Notes: generated from the letters alone by a model not told the origin. Counted from the stretch's first letter, positions 41,560 through 63,243 are shown. The stretch: 64,000 bases of DNA from Balanoglossus misakiensis (GCA_040954595.2 CM082578.2:12524520-12588519), one strand, 5' to 3'. Translations and numbers: made by a program.

Positions 41560-44500
41560 CTACGCCAGCTGCATCGCTTCTAGTTCCGCAGCTGCTTTTT
41601 TGCATGTTGGTTTTTCTGCGTATTTGTCTCTGTCCGGATAATAGAACTCTGTGTGCACGGGGGCGGGCCTGATGGACGGCGGTGGCTGGCGGTAGCAGAT
41701 GTTGCCCGAGGTGATCTCTCGGAGGCGGTAATCTTCGATCGGACCAACTTTGAACAGGTGGTTGTCCTTCTCCTCTTCGGATAGTGGGTTCACGGGGATG
41801 CGACTCAGTACGTGTCTCTCTTTATGAAACAGCCTACAGGAAACAAAATTGTCAGATCATACAGTCAGTTATCAAAAAAAAAAAAAATTCCAGGAATGAA
41901 GCTCATGTCCATTTTCTTTTCACACCAGATAATGGTTTGATGGTGGGAACCACAACTCACCTGAAGTCATGGCCTTTCAGAGCTTCAAATTTGGCATGTT
42001 CCATGTCGCGTATGGGTATCCTGTTCTGAGGCAAGCCCCAACTCAGCGAGTCGTAGGGACCGGGGTTGAACCCGTGGTGCTTCTCCCTCCCCTCGTCGTC
42101 CATCGGGATCGGAGGCACTCCGCTCAGCCTCGCCTTGGTGTCCACGCTGGGGTTCAAGACGACGGAGAGGGGCGGCATCTCGTGCATAGCCGGGCCCCGC
42201 TTGAGGGCGATCTTCCTGGGTTCGTCCTTCAACAGACCCTGCAGCTTGTCCAGCTGGTTGCTGGCCCGCGGTCCCCGGTACGTCTGCTCGGTGTCGGGGG
42301 CGCACCGATGGTACCTCATGCGCGTGTCGTCCACCAGGATTTTGGACTTCCAGTGGTCGAAGTCCGCCCTGTTCGCCCTCTCCTGCTCTCGGGCCAGGGC
42401 GTCGCCGGCCAGGTGGATGGTGATTGGAGGGTGGGGTTCAGAGTACCTGGTGGGCCTCGACCAGACGTTGAAATCTTGGTGCCTGTCTTTCCAGTCGGCT
42501 CTGTCGCGTTCCAAGGTGGGTTTCAGGACGTGTGTGTGTAAAATGTTTTCTCTCCAAGTCTGTGTTTGTGCAACAAAAACAAATGACAGTCAGTACAGTG
42601 GAATGTACCTGGTATGCTTGGGCCTTTCCCGCCACACAGTCATTTGACCCTGTCATCACCACTTCCCCAGGTTAGATCTTGACAGCATGTACATATCAAC
42701 GCACACCATATAGAATTAAGTTTGGAAAACATTGCAGACATTGGATCAATAGATACAATATGGAATAGCAATCAGTAGTGCTACACTGACTACATATAGT
42801 ACATGTATGATGTAGCTTTTAACAGAACTACACAATATGTAAATAAATGATGAACATTGAGTATGAACTTCAACTCGACTGAAACCAGGAATTACTGCGG
42901 TCCAACTCAATGAGTATCCACTGTACAGTAGAAGACATCTTTACCTCTCTCAGTTCATCCGCTCTTGCCACATGCGGTTTCTTCGGATGGACGTTGGATT
43001 CAATGGCATTATTCATTCCAGGATACACAAATCCATCTTCCGTCCTCCAGGCATCTTTCAGAGCTGCCTCTTCTGCCTTCTTGACGGCTTCTACGTTTAT
43101 GGGTACCACTGTTGCCGAATTATAGTCCTGGCAGTAAGTGAACCTGCGATCGGGTTCCTGTGAGAAAGGGGCATGTGACGGTTGAGAGGTGACAAAAATG
43201 ATGGAAAATAACCGGTAAGCCATTACTGACTTTTTGACACAACAGTTGCAGACTCCTTTGCTACATGTAACTGTAATTTGTATCAAACATGTCTATCAGG
43301 ATTTGACACTTTCATCCCATTTAGAATTACAATGTGCAAAATTCACATCACTTTGACAACAACCCACAGCGTACCTTGCTCAATTCTTGGCGGAGTTTCT
43401 CTCTCGCCTGCTCCATCGTGTTCAGATGCTGCGTACTGTAATTGTGTGCCTGGCCGTTGATGGGAACCACTGCGATGGTCTTGGGACGCTCTTTCTTGTT
43501 GGCTTTGCTCCTCTCGTGGATTGTGAACTGTTTATAACGGACAAAGACATATAAATAAATGATAGATACAAAAAGCAGGACATCGGAGATAACTAGATTT
43601 GACAATTTCTGGAATGATCTCTAAACTTACAATGTTTTCTTTGACATAATCATGCTTCTGTGCTCTGGACCTGTTCTGTAAATACAGCATGTAGTCTTCG
43701 TTGTACATGTCGATGGGCGTCCAGTCCCTGCTCGTTTGCGGAAAATGAACTTCGACCTCTTTCTGTCCAGCCACTTCCGGCTCGACCTCCTTCAGCTCTG
43801 ATGGACGGAAAAAACATACGGAAGAGTTGTAAGTATGTCAGGAAATGCCACAAATCACAGGGTCCTTCAATCACCCATGGAATAAGTGAAATTTCAATGG
43901 AACCATGGATAAGAAACGTGTCACCAACCTTCAAAGTCAGCCGTGGTCAGTGGGACACCGAACTCCCTGCTGAGGGACAGAATCATCTCGGACGTTGGAA
44001 AGAGGTCATTGCGAGCGACGTCGCGCAACTTCTTGGTTTGAGTCACCTGGAAGAAATGAATACAAACATGGAGAAAAAATCTTAACAACTGCTGATTATA
44101 CAGTATGCATTAATTGATGATGCATCGGCTTATAGACAGTAGTGTGTTGAGAGAAGGAAATTTAGTTTCAGATACTAAACATACACATCAGTTCCGATCA
44201 GTAAACAACCCGAAGAATTAACCCAACTTACATGGTCCAGTTTTATGATGGCATCAAGGCATGGTTTGGGCACCATGTCCCTCACGTACAACAGTGGTTG
44301 TTTCAGGATGATGGACAGAGGCTCGTGCAAACGCACACGGGTCAAATCAACGTCCAATGTAGCGTACTGCCTCTCGCTGAATGTCATGTCCGAATTGTAG
44401 AGGGCCTCAAACAACCTGTTTTCTGAAGAGCAAGAACAGGGAAATATGTCATATTGAATGCAGATGAATGATTACATGTATCATATACCGGTACATACGA

Positions 44501-47500
44501 AGTGGAGGCCAACATGTAAGGCAGTCAAATGAATTTGGTGCAAAGGGATCACTAATAAGTATCATGGTCCACTGATGTCATTCTTACCTCCCGCTGGTAG
44601 CCTAGGCAACGTCTGCCAAATCTTCTGTATCGCCTCCTCTCTCAAACCTTCCAACACGAACAGATGCATCTCTCCATCCATCACTTGGAATCCCGTCACG
44701 ATATCCAAATTGCGACTTCTCTGCTGTTCTCTGTTGTCAAAGAAATTCAATAACCAATGAATATCCAGCAATCAGAGTGGCACATTGTATCAAATTTGGC
44801 TCTGAATATCAGTAATGAAATTAGTTAGCCAGTGAAAATCAAGTGGTTGAATGTGGGAAACTAGGAAGTTGAATGGTCCACTCTATAACAAAACCATGTG
44901 CCTAACACAAACATGTTTTCAGCGGTCTGGTTGAACCACCAGACTGGGCCATAGGAGTGACAGAGTGAAGCTTACAATACCATGCACCCTGGCTGACTGA
45001 GTGACTGTCTGCAAAGTCTGCAATACTTACTCTGACAGCTTGTAGGTGGACAGTGCTGCTTCGATGACATGTTTCGGCATACTGTCTAGACTCAGTGCCG
45101 TGGCGTTGATCTCCGTCACCAGACTCTGCAGTTGGTTGAGGAACTTGGTGTTTGTGTATTCAAATATGTAGATGATGCGGGAAAACGGACACTGGAAGAC
45201 AAAAACGCAACCAAGTTCAACATCAAGACCTTTTAAACACGTCGATGTCATTGATTTTCAGGGATAAATAGAAATGGGGACTTCTTTCACATAAATGCAT
45301 TATTTACTTCATGCATTATCAGTTCAAGAGAATCAATGGTATTATACTTGATATTTTAGATTGATGTAATTTCATTGATCGATTCTAAGATTGAATCAAA
45401 AATACAAAAATACGACTGAATCTCGTACCTCATCCGGGGTTTCCACTTCTGCCTTCTGCTGTATCTCTTTGGGCGTTGTCAACGGATAGCTCACTTCAAC
45501 TCGGACTTTCAGCTGTGCGTTAGACTCTATGTAATGACCCATCGGCAAGGGCAGGTCACCTGGAAACAGAAACGGATGCTATCAGTGGTTGCCATGGCAA
45601 TTGTGAACTCTGAACACTTAACCTGTCAATGTGGTGACATATATAAAACTAGGATGCAGACAGTCTGTGTGTCTGACGGCAGAGTAAATACGCTAAGACA
45701 TTGATCTATGTGTACTTTTATTCATCCTACCTTTACATTAGTTGAGTGCGTGTACAAATATCATACAAGCAATAGTGACAGAACTAAAACTGAAATTTCC
45801 CACAGACATATTGACTGACGTGTGCCAGAGCCTACTTTGTAATTAACTGATCAGATGGTGAGGGGGGGGGGGGGGAATTCATATACACTTACGAGGTCCG
45901 TCTACTGAATTGGGGATGCCAATCAATCTGCCATCTCTCGCCGTTTGAAATCCCATCAGATCTGGGATTGGACAACTGTGAATGGGAACTGCCATGTAGA
46001 GGATTTTCTCTCCAAGCAGCAAGTCAGCTAAGTGCAATTTGGCGAGTCCATAGGGATCCCAGGGCTGGTCACGACCTTTGAATGGATTATGAAGAGTTCT
46101 TTTCCCTGTAAGAATAACACAAAAACCGTCAGTAAATTAATTAAAAAGGGGTCACAGAGTAACACCATGTACATTTTAGTTCAACTGAAAATCGAATTAC
46201 AGTGCATTAAAAACAGACGTACATGACCCTAAAATTCAAAACATGGTGCCATTGTCTATGGTATCTTAACAAGAAATAATTTGGCTTTTCACAAACATTT
46301 TTAATTGGATGCCGCGGATTGCCGCCAATAAAAAGTTTAAGTATAGCAAGGAAGGGAACAGATGTGGAGATCTGTCATTTTAAAATCTTCAGTCATGAAT
46401 TCTACACTGTAGTCGACCACAAATCTAGCGTTACCAACCTGTAACCATGCCAACATTTCCTATCTTGTCATCTTCCTGGTCTTCACCGAATAAAGTCGGA
46501 TCTTGTCTCACTTCTTCCTCCTTCCTGTCTCTGTCATGAACTTCAATTTGCAACGGAGGACCTTTCAGGTATTCTTTGACTTCACCTTCGTCTAGAGTGC
46601 CTGCGTGGGAAAAAAGTCAACCTGTCAAAACTTGGCATCTCAACACAGTTGTCAAATTGGCCACACAAATTTGCTGGTGTGAACCTTGTCATCAGTGTAC
46701 TGACAGAGTCAAACTTCTCGCTGACACACGACGCCACTTACCTAAAAGAACTACATTTGTGTCTTCCCAATACACAGTATCCGTGTGGCTTCTCCCGATA
46801 CTCTTGTGCTCCGGTTGTTTATAGAATGTGTATTTACAGTAAACCGGCAGACACTTTCTGTCCAGTTCATCATAATTGATCGGCGTGTTCGGCAAATTCG
46901 TTGCATAGTTCAGTTTGATCACCAAGGGATTCAGTTCCTGTTTCTGGTCCTCGGACATCAGCGGTCCATCCAGGGATACTGTGATGAACACATCCTCGAT
47001 TCCCTGCACCGGCTGATTCAGCCGGTTTGTGACAGACTTGACGCCGGAGAAGAGGATTTTCATCTGTATGGGAATACAGCAGTTTCCGTGTTCCTTGATG
47101 TAGGCTGCCCTGGCGGCGGCCTCAGCTTCCGCTTTCTTGGCACGGCGCTTTGCTTCCTTCTGTTGCGGCGTTTCCCTGTGGTTCTTCTTGCCTGAAGGGG
47201 AAAAAAACAGTGTACACATCATGCAAATATTTTTTTCTCCCTTCAGTTGCAGTTGCTGCGCCTGAAGTTCAGCAGTCAAAACGAAGGGGAGTTGGAATTG
47301 ATTTCAAGATGTATATATCTGCTACCAGTATGTCAAATGTGCCAGTCATCCCTGGAGGTGTCTAAAACTGCATCAATTGCGGTAAGACTTACCAACAGTT
47401 GGTGGTGCCGATGCCACGCCCTCATTTCGTTTCCCACCGACTGTCGACTCTTTACTCCGACTCTCTTTTTTACTCTCCTTTCTGCTGAGATCGTTTGGAC

Positions 47501-50314
47501 TTCCCCTGTCTTTGACTTTGCCGCTACTGTCCTTCTTTTTCAATTCCTCTTTTTGTTTCTGCTGCTGTTCCCTGATCTGTTTCTTCAACTGTTTGACCTC
47601 ACTGGGTGCGGGCGCTCCAGCCAGTCGTCCCAGTCGACTGTACGACCTGCAGGTGTTACAGAAATCACAAAACTCAGCTGAACACAAATTTCAATCGATG
47701 GTGTTCTTTTAACATGATTTTATGTGAATGGGACTGGAAAGGGTGCTTGGTATAAATGACAAAATATTTCTCCAAGTGTTATACGGTACCTAATTTGTAC
47801 ATCCTCTTGATCTAGTTGCTGTTCGGAGGATGATCCCACGGGTACGGACACCAGAGTGTGTGCAGCCTCATCGTGCATGACAGTCGACGAATCCACCTTG
47901 TGACTGGACGGAGAGCCTTGCGACTTCATGGACAATTCCGAAAGGGTTTTCTGCGACTTCAGACTGTGGTCGGATTCCTTGAGCTCTCGCATTGGACGCC
48001 CCTTGGCGTCTACAACGACAAAAGGAGTAAATCGGATTTTATTTTGGTGAAAACAATTCTTCTAACCCACTCTCGCTTTTTTCTCTGTACACCACTTTAT
48101 CCCCCGTCGTTGAGAATAATACACCTGGACAAAAGATGGAAGGTTAGCCGATTTTCCCCTCAAGGTTCGTCTCTTTTGTACCTGATGCAGCAACCACTTT
48201 TTTATCAACCATGTTTACTTGTGAAATAAACACTGGCCACTCAAACTGAATTTAAAACAGAAACCTACCAGTTTTCCAATTGATTTGCATCTCTGGGGGA
48301 CCATTTTGTGGAACAGGACGGCTGATGAAAGATTTCTTTGGTTGCATAGAAATAAAACTCTGTGACTGCTTCATCACTAGAGATCGGACTCCGCCAACGT
48401 CCTCTGGATCTTCTCCAGACTTGGCTTGCGGAAGACGGAATGCTTTTGGACGGTCGAAGCGGGCTTTGGGCGACACTTTTTCCTTGCTGTCCCAGATGCG
48501 TAGCTCCAAGGTGTGGTTGAACAATTTCAGCAACAGATCATTTGTAACGGTGACTGTGTGACTATTAATGGGAATAAATATATAAACAAATGGTCAGAAT
48601 ATTGGAATGTTCGATAATGCATATCAATGCGAATCAAAAATTTGAGCAAAGAATAAAATCCTTGGTTCTGAGTTTTGCCAAAGGTCACCAGACTGATGTT
48701 TATGTCCTTGCACTTTTGGATACTGGAGCCTTTCACCTAGTGCAAAATTCATAGCGGTAAGCTGTCAAGTCGTTAAAAGACCTACTTATAAGGGACAGTT
48801 CTAGTCACATCATTGATACCAACCATCTCATTACCATATAACACAACACCCCATCCAATCATCATGTAAATGAGTACAGGCGATTCTTGTGTATTAACAA
48901 GTTGTCCAAGGACCCACACAATGCTAATTGCAATCAATGACCTAGCTGCCACTAACCCTGTCACTGTTAATTTATCGGGATGATTCTGTAGAGCTTGTGT
49001 AGTTACCTGTGAGACCACGCCACCCAAGTGTGATCGCCCTCTTGCCACGTCTTCAACACTTTGGATTCATGGTCCGTGTATATCTTGGCAGCCATGCCAA
49101 ACGTGACGACGTCCGTCTTGGTGGCTTCTGTGTCGTCCGGCAGAAGAAAGTACGAACAGTGGTAGTAATTCTGGGCTTTTGGCGCTTCCACAATCCGCTT
49201 CTTCCTTTTCACCATGTCTTCCAGGCGAAATCCTTCCTCTTCCACTACAAATGAAACACCAAATTATTTTCATGTGTGATTTTTTGTTGTTGATACCTTT
49301 GGTCACGATATATTAATACATGTAGGTGTATATGAAATAATTGCCTGTGATCACGTTGCATGTATGATCATTTGCAGACATCAACAATATCATTAAAACA
49401 CAAAGAGAAAACGTCTCCTCTTTGTGATTCAAATTACACACTGGGTTGGCAACAAATTATTTTCGATAATTAAAAACCTACATTTCTTTGTGGATGACCA
49501 AACAGGCACGCATAATGTTAATTGAAATGAAAAAAGCAATTATGGTTTGGTGTATAATAGCAGCTATTTTGTAATTGCACACCCCCTCAAGCAAATATAA
49601 ATTAGGTCTTTCCATGGCAGCACAAACATGGTGTATAAATTAGTAATGAATTCATATTTGGGTAATGGTGGCAAAAGGACCTAGTACCAGAAAATAAATA
49701 TTGTCACAGGTGCTGTGTTCACATATCTAAAGGTAAGAGTCCGAATTCAATACTGAGTCAACACATACAATGTATGCTGCCAATTGTCTTTAAAATAGAC
49801 TATCTTCATCACTTGATAAAAACAATGGCATCATGCACAAGTTTTCCATTTAATAGTCAGCCAAAAATATAAAACTATCACATAACCAGCAACATGAAGC
49901 GAATTCCCCTTCTTTCTCATTTTTTCTCCTGTCAATCAAAGCCTAGATGGTAAACTCACTTGTTGGTATAGCTTTGGCAATGGTGACTGTCAGTGTCACT
50001 TTGTGCACATCTTCAGCTGTCTCAGTAGATTTCTTCTTTTTTCTGCTTCTGCCACTTTTCCCGGACATGGTGGATCCTCTTGATGTACTGGCCCTGCTGC
50101 TGGCCTTACTTGTCATTTCGTTCTCTTTGCTCTCTGTATCGTTTGCTTCCTCGCTTTCTGCCTGAGTCTCTGCCTGAACGCTTTCTGTCAGGTCCTTCTC
50201 ATCGGAGGTTTCGTTGCTTTCGTCTTCATTTTTTGTCGTGCCATCTGCTGTTGTCACTGTACCGTCGTTGGACTTTGTGTCTTGGCTGTCAATATTGCTC
50301 TTGTCCTCAGACAT
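41560..50314 (-). CDS. CFAP92: Cilia- and flagella-associated protein 92-like (KIAA1257/FLJ43738 family), ~20 exons
   Basis: Exons encode HKVTLTVTIAKAIP (~49960-50314), YYHCSYFLLPDDTEATKTDVVTFGMAAKIY..KTWQEGDHTWVAWSH (~49007-49244), LLKLFNHTLELRIWDSKEKVSPKARFDRPKAFRLP (~48268-48561), QKQELNPLVIKLNYATNLP (~46742-47191), PPLQIEVHDRD, PWDPYGLAKLHLADLLLG, PMGHYIESNAQLKVRVE and FTYCQDYNSATV. Stop TAG 41560-41562. Confidence 0.85.
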
Positions 50315-50335
50315 CTTGCCTGATTACCCTGTAAA

Positions 50336-50428
50336 ATCATCATCCTCATCATCATTATCATCATCATTATCATCATCATCATCCTCATCCTCATCATCAT
50401 TTACATTATCATCATCATCATCACCATT

Positions 50429-50465
<37 letters not shown>
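50336..50465. repeat. (CAT)n microsatellite next to the CFAP92 first coding-exon acceptor
   Basis: Long imperfect ATC/CAT run; the minus-strand acceptor TTTTACAG|GGTAATC..ATG lies immediately below it. Confidence 0.95.
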
Positions 50466-51259
50466 CAGTTGTTACATGTTATGAGGGAGAGGTAAATTTC
50501 AAGGGGAAAATTTTTACACTATTGGTTTTGGTTATTTGCATGTATATTCTACCCGATGTACAGTTGACAAGCCAATGAATCCATGCACGAACGTATTTGT
50601 TGACTTTATTCTCAAAAAGCCCTGTGCAAATAATCCGTGCGGCAGAATTCAAATAAACTTGGCAATGTCAATGAATTTGATTGGTTTGGTATACATGCAC
50701 TGTGAATATCACTTAGTCTTTAACCGGTGAAGGGAAATCGGGCACAGTAATTTACACGATCTTTTCAGTATATTGTCATCGAAATTGTTCAAGAACCATT
50801 AGCGTAACAAAACAATGTTCAAGCAACAACACGCCCACAGCTCAAGGTGTCTGAAGTAATATAACTGTCACACTGTATAATAATGTGTTTTTCTAATAGT
50901 ACATGCACTACTGCAACGAGGTCCAGAGGGTACTTATTATATATACGTACACTGGCCATGATTGCCGTGAAGTGTCGCGCCGGTGGCACGCTTTTAAAAA
51001 TAAGATGTCGTGTCTGAGTCTTTCGGCGATGTAAAAGCAAAGTAATACTAGACAAGGTAGGGATATTAGCCTGGCTTGGCAACAGAGGTTGACAACCTAG
51101 CTGGACAGTGCACTTAGCGAAGGAGCTGTGATTGCCGCTTCGGGGTGGAAATGCGATACCTTGACGATAGACTCACACAAGTTCTGATTGTCGATCGATG
51201 CGATGGAACACTGTAACTCAGAAACGTTCGAATCGTGGAACACGACAGAAGAAGCTTAC

Positions 51260-51823
51260 CTGAAATGCGGACGGATCGGTCGAAATCTACGTGTTCCTTC
51301 TTGCTGTGATCGACAACTAAGACATGGTGCTAAAACCACGTAATCCCTAGAAATACGGTATACATTCCATATCCACGGTAAATTTACCAAGTTTACTTCA
51401 CAGGAAGTTCACTATACTTTGGTTGTGTTCGCGAACGCAAAACCTTAATGTATTATCCGTCCGCCCACAGGAAAATAAGGCCGTCGAGTATTCATGAATT
51501 TTCATCTTGAATCAGAGAGTAGGCACACAAAATCCTTGACAATGACTTATTTTGAGTTAATTTGTAAAATAAACCATGTTTGTTTTTTATTATCTCTCCA
51601 ATTCTTTGAAGTAATGTTGGACACCTCAGAAGTAGTCCCACTTTGCGGATTGATCGTTGACGTCGAATGAAGTGACACAATCTGTTGCTACAACACTGAG
51701 TCGAGGTAGTATTTGCATAACAATAGGACCTGCCAGACGACCTAACACGGCACGAACGAACAGATACGAGTATGCGTATCTCCAGCAAAAGAATCTGGCT
51801 ACATCTCCAGTATCCATGGTAAC
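51260..51823 (-). promoter_or_regulatory. Candidate CFAP92 5'-UTR exon and promoter with RFX X-box
   Basis: Minus-strand donor CAG|GTAAGC at 51260/51259 in CpG-richer DNA; GTATCCATGGTAAC at 51810-51823 fits the X-box consensus. Confidence 0.45.
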
Positions 51824-54288
51824 ATGATCTGATATCAAATTTATACAGGCGACAATATCGCATATCTCACTGGTAGTAACAGACTTCTCATATGGCAGAT
51901 TCTGATTGGCAAAAATAATGAAACCACACACATAACAGCAGACCATGGCACTAGCTCCACGGACAGACACTCACACACACAGACAGACAGACAATCACAT
52001 AGTATATTTTGATGATTAGTTTATTTTTGTTAAACTCAGGTTTGACTGTAGGATCACATAATGGAACGGCTTGATTGCTACAAAGTCATCTAAAACGTTT
52101 TTGTGTTAAAGCATGCATCTTTAATTAAGTCGGTTGGCAATAATATCATACAACAACGTGAGCCCAAAATATAAATCTTAAATTATACAAACACAAATTT
52201 TTCAGTGGGTTTTTTTAAAGGAAAAAAAAACACAAACACGGAGAGACGCTTCTACTTACTATGAACTTACTACTCGATCTAAAGAGTGCACAGATCACTC
52301 AAAAGCAGCACATAATGCAGACGGGTGCAAACATTTTGAAAAGTTCACAGAAATAATTCAAAAAGTTCAGGTTAACCACTCCTTACAATACCGGTGAGGT
52401 TGGGTGGTTGAAAATCTTATAACAACTCTTAGAAATCTCTTCCTATTCATCACATTCCAAAAGATTTGCTGTACGAAAAGAAAATATACATAACAATAAT
52501 AGTAAATTGGAGTAACTTTAAATATGGTGAAAATTTTTGTGTGTACCTTTTTCAGAACAGGTTGTGAGGTCAAGTTTTCGAAGAATTGCACTGCTTGGCT
52601 TGAAATTACCGCACAAAACTTTGTACATATGCTGAGATTCAGTTTCTCTCCCTTGCTGAACTGATACAGTCGATTTCTAAAATACCAAATATTAAGAAAT
52701 GGTTGACCCTTGACATCAAGGTTTCACATTTTAATCAAGATGCTTGCCACCGCACACTCCGTCAAATTACTTGCAACGTAAAGTACAAAAGGCTATGGAC
52801 TAAGGTGCTATCTACACTTACTATTTAAAGTGATCTGACAGACATACTTTTAAGGAAACGGGGGTGAAAATTAATATTTTGTGTACATACATGTAGTAGT
52901 ACAACTTGTATAAGCAGTCTGGATGGGCTAATGCCTGAAAAGGGATGTGCATTGTTGGGGTACGGAACTTTAAAATATAATAAGCTCACTGTGCAATAAT
53001 CTAAACGATGCTAATAGTTATATATTCATCATATATTTTGGTAAATAAATGCAACACATTAAATTCTGGACGGCGGGGGCGACATTTCAATCTTTGTCAA
53101 TTATTTCTGAGGGGCGAAGTCACCAAAATGCTTTCCAGGGCAGTTTTGTCATATTGGTGTTTTTTTTCAAGCCTGAAGAATACGGTGACGTTGCATTCAC
53201 TATATTCTGGATCATATTTGGAGTAGCTTGCCATCCAGGTTTGTGACAATTTCCCCCCCGACACTTGAACACTACAAGTTAACATAAATATACACTGAAA
53301 GTACTAGTACTATAACACTATTACTCGAAGAGGTGGTGAATTACAGAAATTGAGCAAAAACACACAGAGTGAGATTGTGTGATAATCAAAGGAATTTCTG
53401 CGACAGCACGGACCTAATGACTTTGCAGCTAACCACTAAATGGAACACAACTCTGTGATTTTATTACATCACACGCGTACAAAGAATCCTATGTGATCTT
53501 GTGCGTGAACAGCTGAAGTGATATATGAACTGGAGTCTGCAAAACCATCCTTATATTTCAACCTTTTAAATCCCGATCCCTATGGGTACCCCTGATGTGG
53601 GATTCAACTCCAAACAGAGGGAAAGGGGGTTAACTGGCAAAGATGAGGTGTGTTGTATTTGCTACAGGTGTATCTGCTGTTTGCCCACCAACCAACTGAC
53701 CAAGATGAATATGATGGTTGCTACGGGCATGAACTTGGTTGCTATGAAGAATAAAACAAAATACAGACTGAACACCAGATCTCTGTAAAAAACACATTCT
53801 CTCAACTGGAACAGTAAGAGGTATAGCCAATAATGATACTGTCATAATTGACGCTTCTGACAAATACATGCATCAACTTTCCAGACACCCACATAATGTA
53901 GCCTCGGTGTTAGCATAATGGCCATCTCAGGACACTCGATCACAAGAAAAATACATCAGTAGGCATGATTGCAAAACTGAAATGCCACAAGTCTACATAT
54001 TATTCTCATTTTAAATTTCTTTAAATTTGGCAATCCCATTAACAGTTACTCATCTTAATCCTGTAAAAACAGAATCACCACACGAAATTACAATGACAGT
54101 TGCTGCAATACATGTGTTTTATAAATGAGATGACACACACAACTTGCCATGTCAGATATTCATTCCTACAGCTGCCCAAAGAAACATGTCACGCATAATC
54201 GCACTACCAGCTGCTATTCGAAATCCACACATCAGTGTGCACTGTAAACGAGAACGGAAGCCAAATTGAATCACAACTACATGTCGCA

Positions 54289-54381
54289 TTAACCCTTTCA
54301 CCATCATAGTTCAGTCCAAACCCATTGTTTTCTATGGTAAGGTTGGATCTCTAAAGAGGGAGCTGGGGGTGAAAGGGTTCA
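54289..54381. mobile_element. ~90-bp piggyBac-type MITE, copy 4
   Basis: TTAACCCTTTCACC..GTCCAAACCCATTGTTTTCTATGGTAAGGTTGGATCTCTAAAGAGGGAGCTGGGGGTGAAAGGGTTCA (right TSD mutated). Confidence 0.8.
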
Positions 54382-55760
54382 ATCTTAGATCTACATGTAT
54401 AGGATGTTTTGCTGTATACGATGTCAAAGTATATTCGTAACGCAACATCAGTTGAAAGAACAGGTGAAGTACAAGTACAATGCGCAGTACACTGCATCTC
54501 TCCCATAGAGACGAGACTCGTTGTCTGTGACCGCAGGCTTTGACATTTCCCCCATGTCCTGCAGATGCAATTTACATTGCAATAAAAAATAAACACCATA
54601 GGACACCAAATTGGAAACATGGATCAACAACCTATCATTCTTACTCAACTGACTATTGCAAAATATAATGCAGGCAAAACAATAGCATCAGTGTTTGCCA
54701 CAGAGTAAACAAGACCTGCCAAATTCAAAACAGACACATATTGAAGAAAAGAATGTAAATGACTCTAAATAAAAAAAATAGAAACAGACACTGGTTTTAC
54801 ATTGCTTTTTTCAAGACACTGCTAATCTTTGGTTTCAAACTCATATACATACACACAGCGTTATATGCTGAACACAGATTTTATTTCCTGTATGTCAAAG
54901 CCGGCAGTAACTGTACATAATGAAACATTTTTGGTGATAAAATAGTGCTACTGTGTCACTGTACTTAACAGGTGATGTCTGAGATAACAAAAGGCTGCAC
55001 TCATCAAATGTGGTGTCTGCCACGAGGTGTTAATTAAATCTTGCTTCCTTCCCCCCAAAACGTGTATTAAGCATCTTTTGCAGATGATTTTTTACAATTG
55101 GACAAAAGTGGTCAATGAATGCAAAACCATGCTTTGTTCATTCCCAACAGACTTTTCAGATAAACAGACTGAAGGAAATCAGCGTGAGTGAAACCTTTCG
55201 TCATGTGGACATCCCTTGGTACAGGAAAGCTTGCCTCAAACACAAGTTGCAAAAATAAAAATTATAATATTACTGTCGCTTAAATTTGACAATATATAAA
55301 CCTATGGAAAGAGTTCGGAGTAATCTCAATATGTCATCTGCGTCATTCAAAAAACTACATAAATTATACATACCAGGGGGGAAAAAGAGCCTGAAATAGT
55401 ACAAATAAATAAACTTTTGTTTGAAAATGATTACATACAGGGAACACAAAATATGCAATCTATCAGCTACAGCATTTACATGAAACCTGCAAAAGTACAC
55501 ACAGTTACCATGGCATAATTCTGATTTGCTTTTTTGGATGGGGAGGAAAAGCCCAGATAAAATACAGTAGTATCAAGTACTGAGAACAACACTTGTGACT
55601 TTTTTTATATTTTAGCTATATTATCAGCTAAAGTTCAATTTTTTAATAATATTTCATATTTGAATTTGCCTTAGAGATTTAGTTTTCTAACTGGACATAT
55701 TTGAGATATCTCAAATTGAATAAGTCCTACACTTACAAGAGAGGAAATTTTTACCACAGT

Positions 55761-55761
<1 letters not shown>

Positions 55762-55803
<42 letters not shown>

Positions 55804-55816
55804 GATCATCATCATC
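55762..55816. repeat. (ATC)n microsatellite in probable SRPK 3'-UTR
   Basis: Direct tandem ATC run. Confidence 0.95.
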
Positions 55817-56434
55817 TATACAAAATATTGCCATGTCAACATTTTGACTCCTTTAATTATCACTTTTTGGGGGGTTTCATTTTAATTTTGTCTGAAATTG
55901 CATTCCATAGTACTTTGCCTTGCCCTGTGGTGATCGATACCTGATGAGACTAAAAATAGATCGCATTGGAAATATCAGTTTTACACACTCACATACACAC
56001 ATACAAATGCATGCATGCACGCACTCACTCAACATGTCATACATCCTAGCATGGCTTTGGTTGTCCGCTAACGTACAGTCCAAAAACAACTACTGCTACT
56101 AATGACTTCAAACCAAAATTCCTAACTTCTCTACATGTGGGCCGACGATCACTATGTCAGCCCTCCCCCTTGGGGGGAACTACACACTGTAGGTACACTG
56201 ACAATGAGAGGAATATCCCACACGGTCGGGTGTGTGTACGCTATTTAGCAAAGCTAATCAGACTTGGAAATCCCGGAAGTTTTACGGAGGACCTGTTGTG
56301 TGCAAGACAGCCCAACAACACGAGGGTATAAAAAGATATTCCTGTTGTAACTTCAAAAAATTCCACAATACTTATCAATAGTACCTAACAATGTAAGTTG
56401 CATATATATATAATAATATCTCCTTTAAATCTGT

Positions 56435-63243
<6,809 letters not shown>

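Noticed and set aside
41969-42647. 190- and 193-aa plus-strand ORFs
   Set aside because: Antisense shadows of a GC-rich CFAP92 exon.
50214-50495. Poly-Ser ORF
   Set aside because: Translation of the (CAT)n microsatellite, antisense to CFAP92.
51900-53640. Repeat-like fragments (GACA/CA tail near 51960-52020; AACC..GGGGTTAA element near 53557-53633; others)
   Set aside because: Probably transposon relics, but with no second copy in the window and no clear TIR/TSD pair they cannot be classified.
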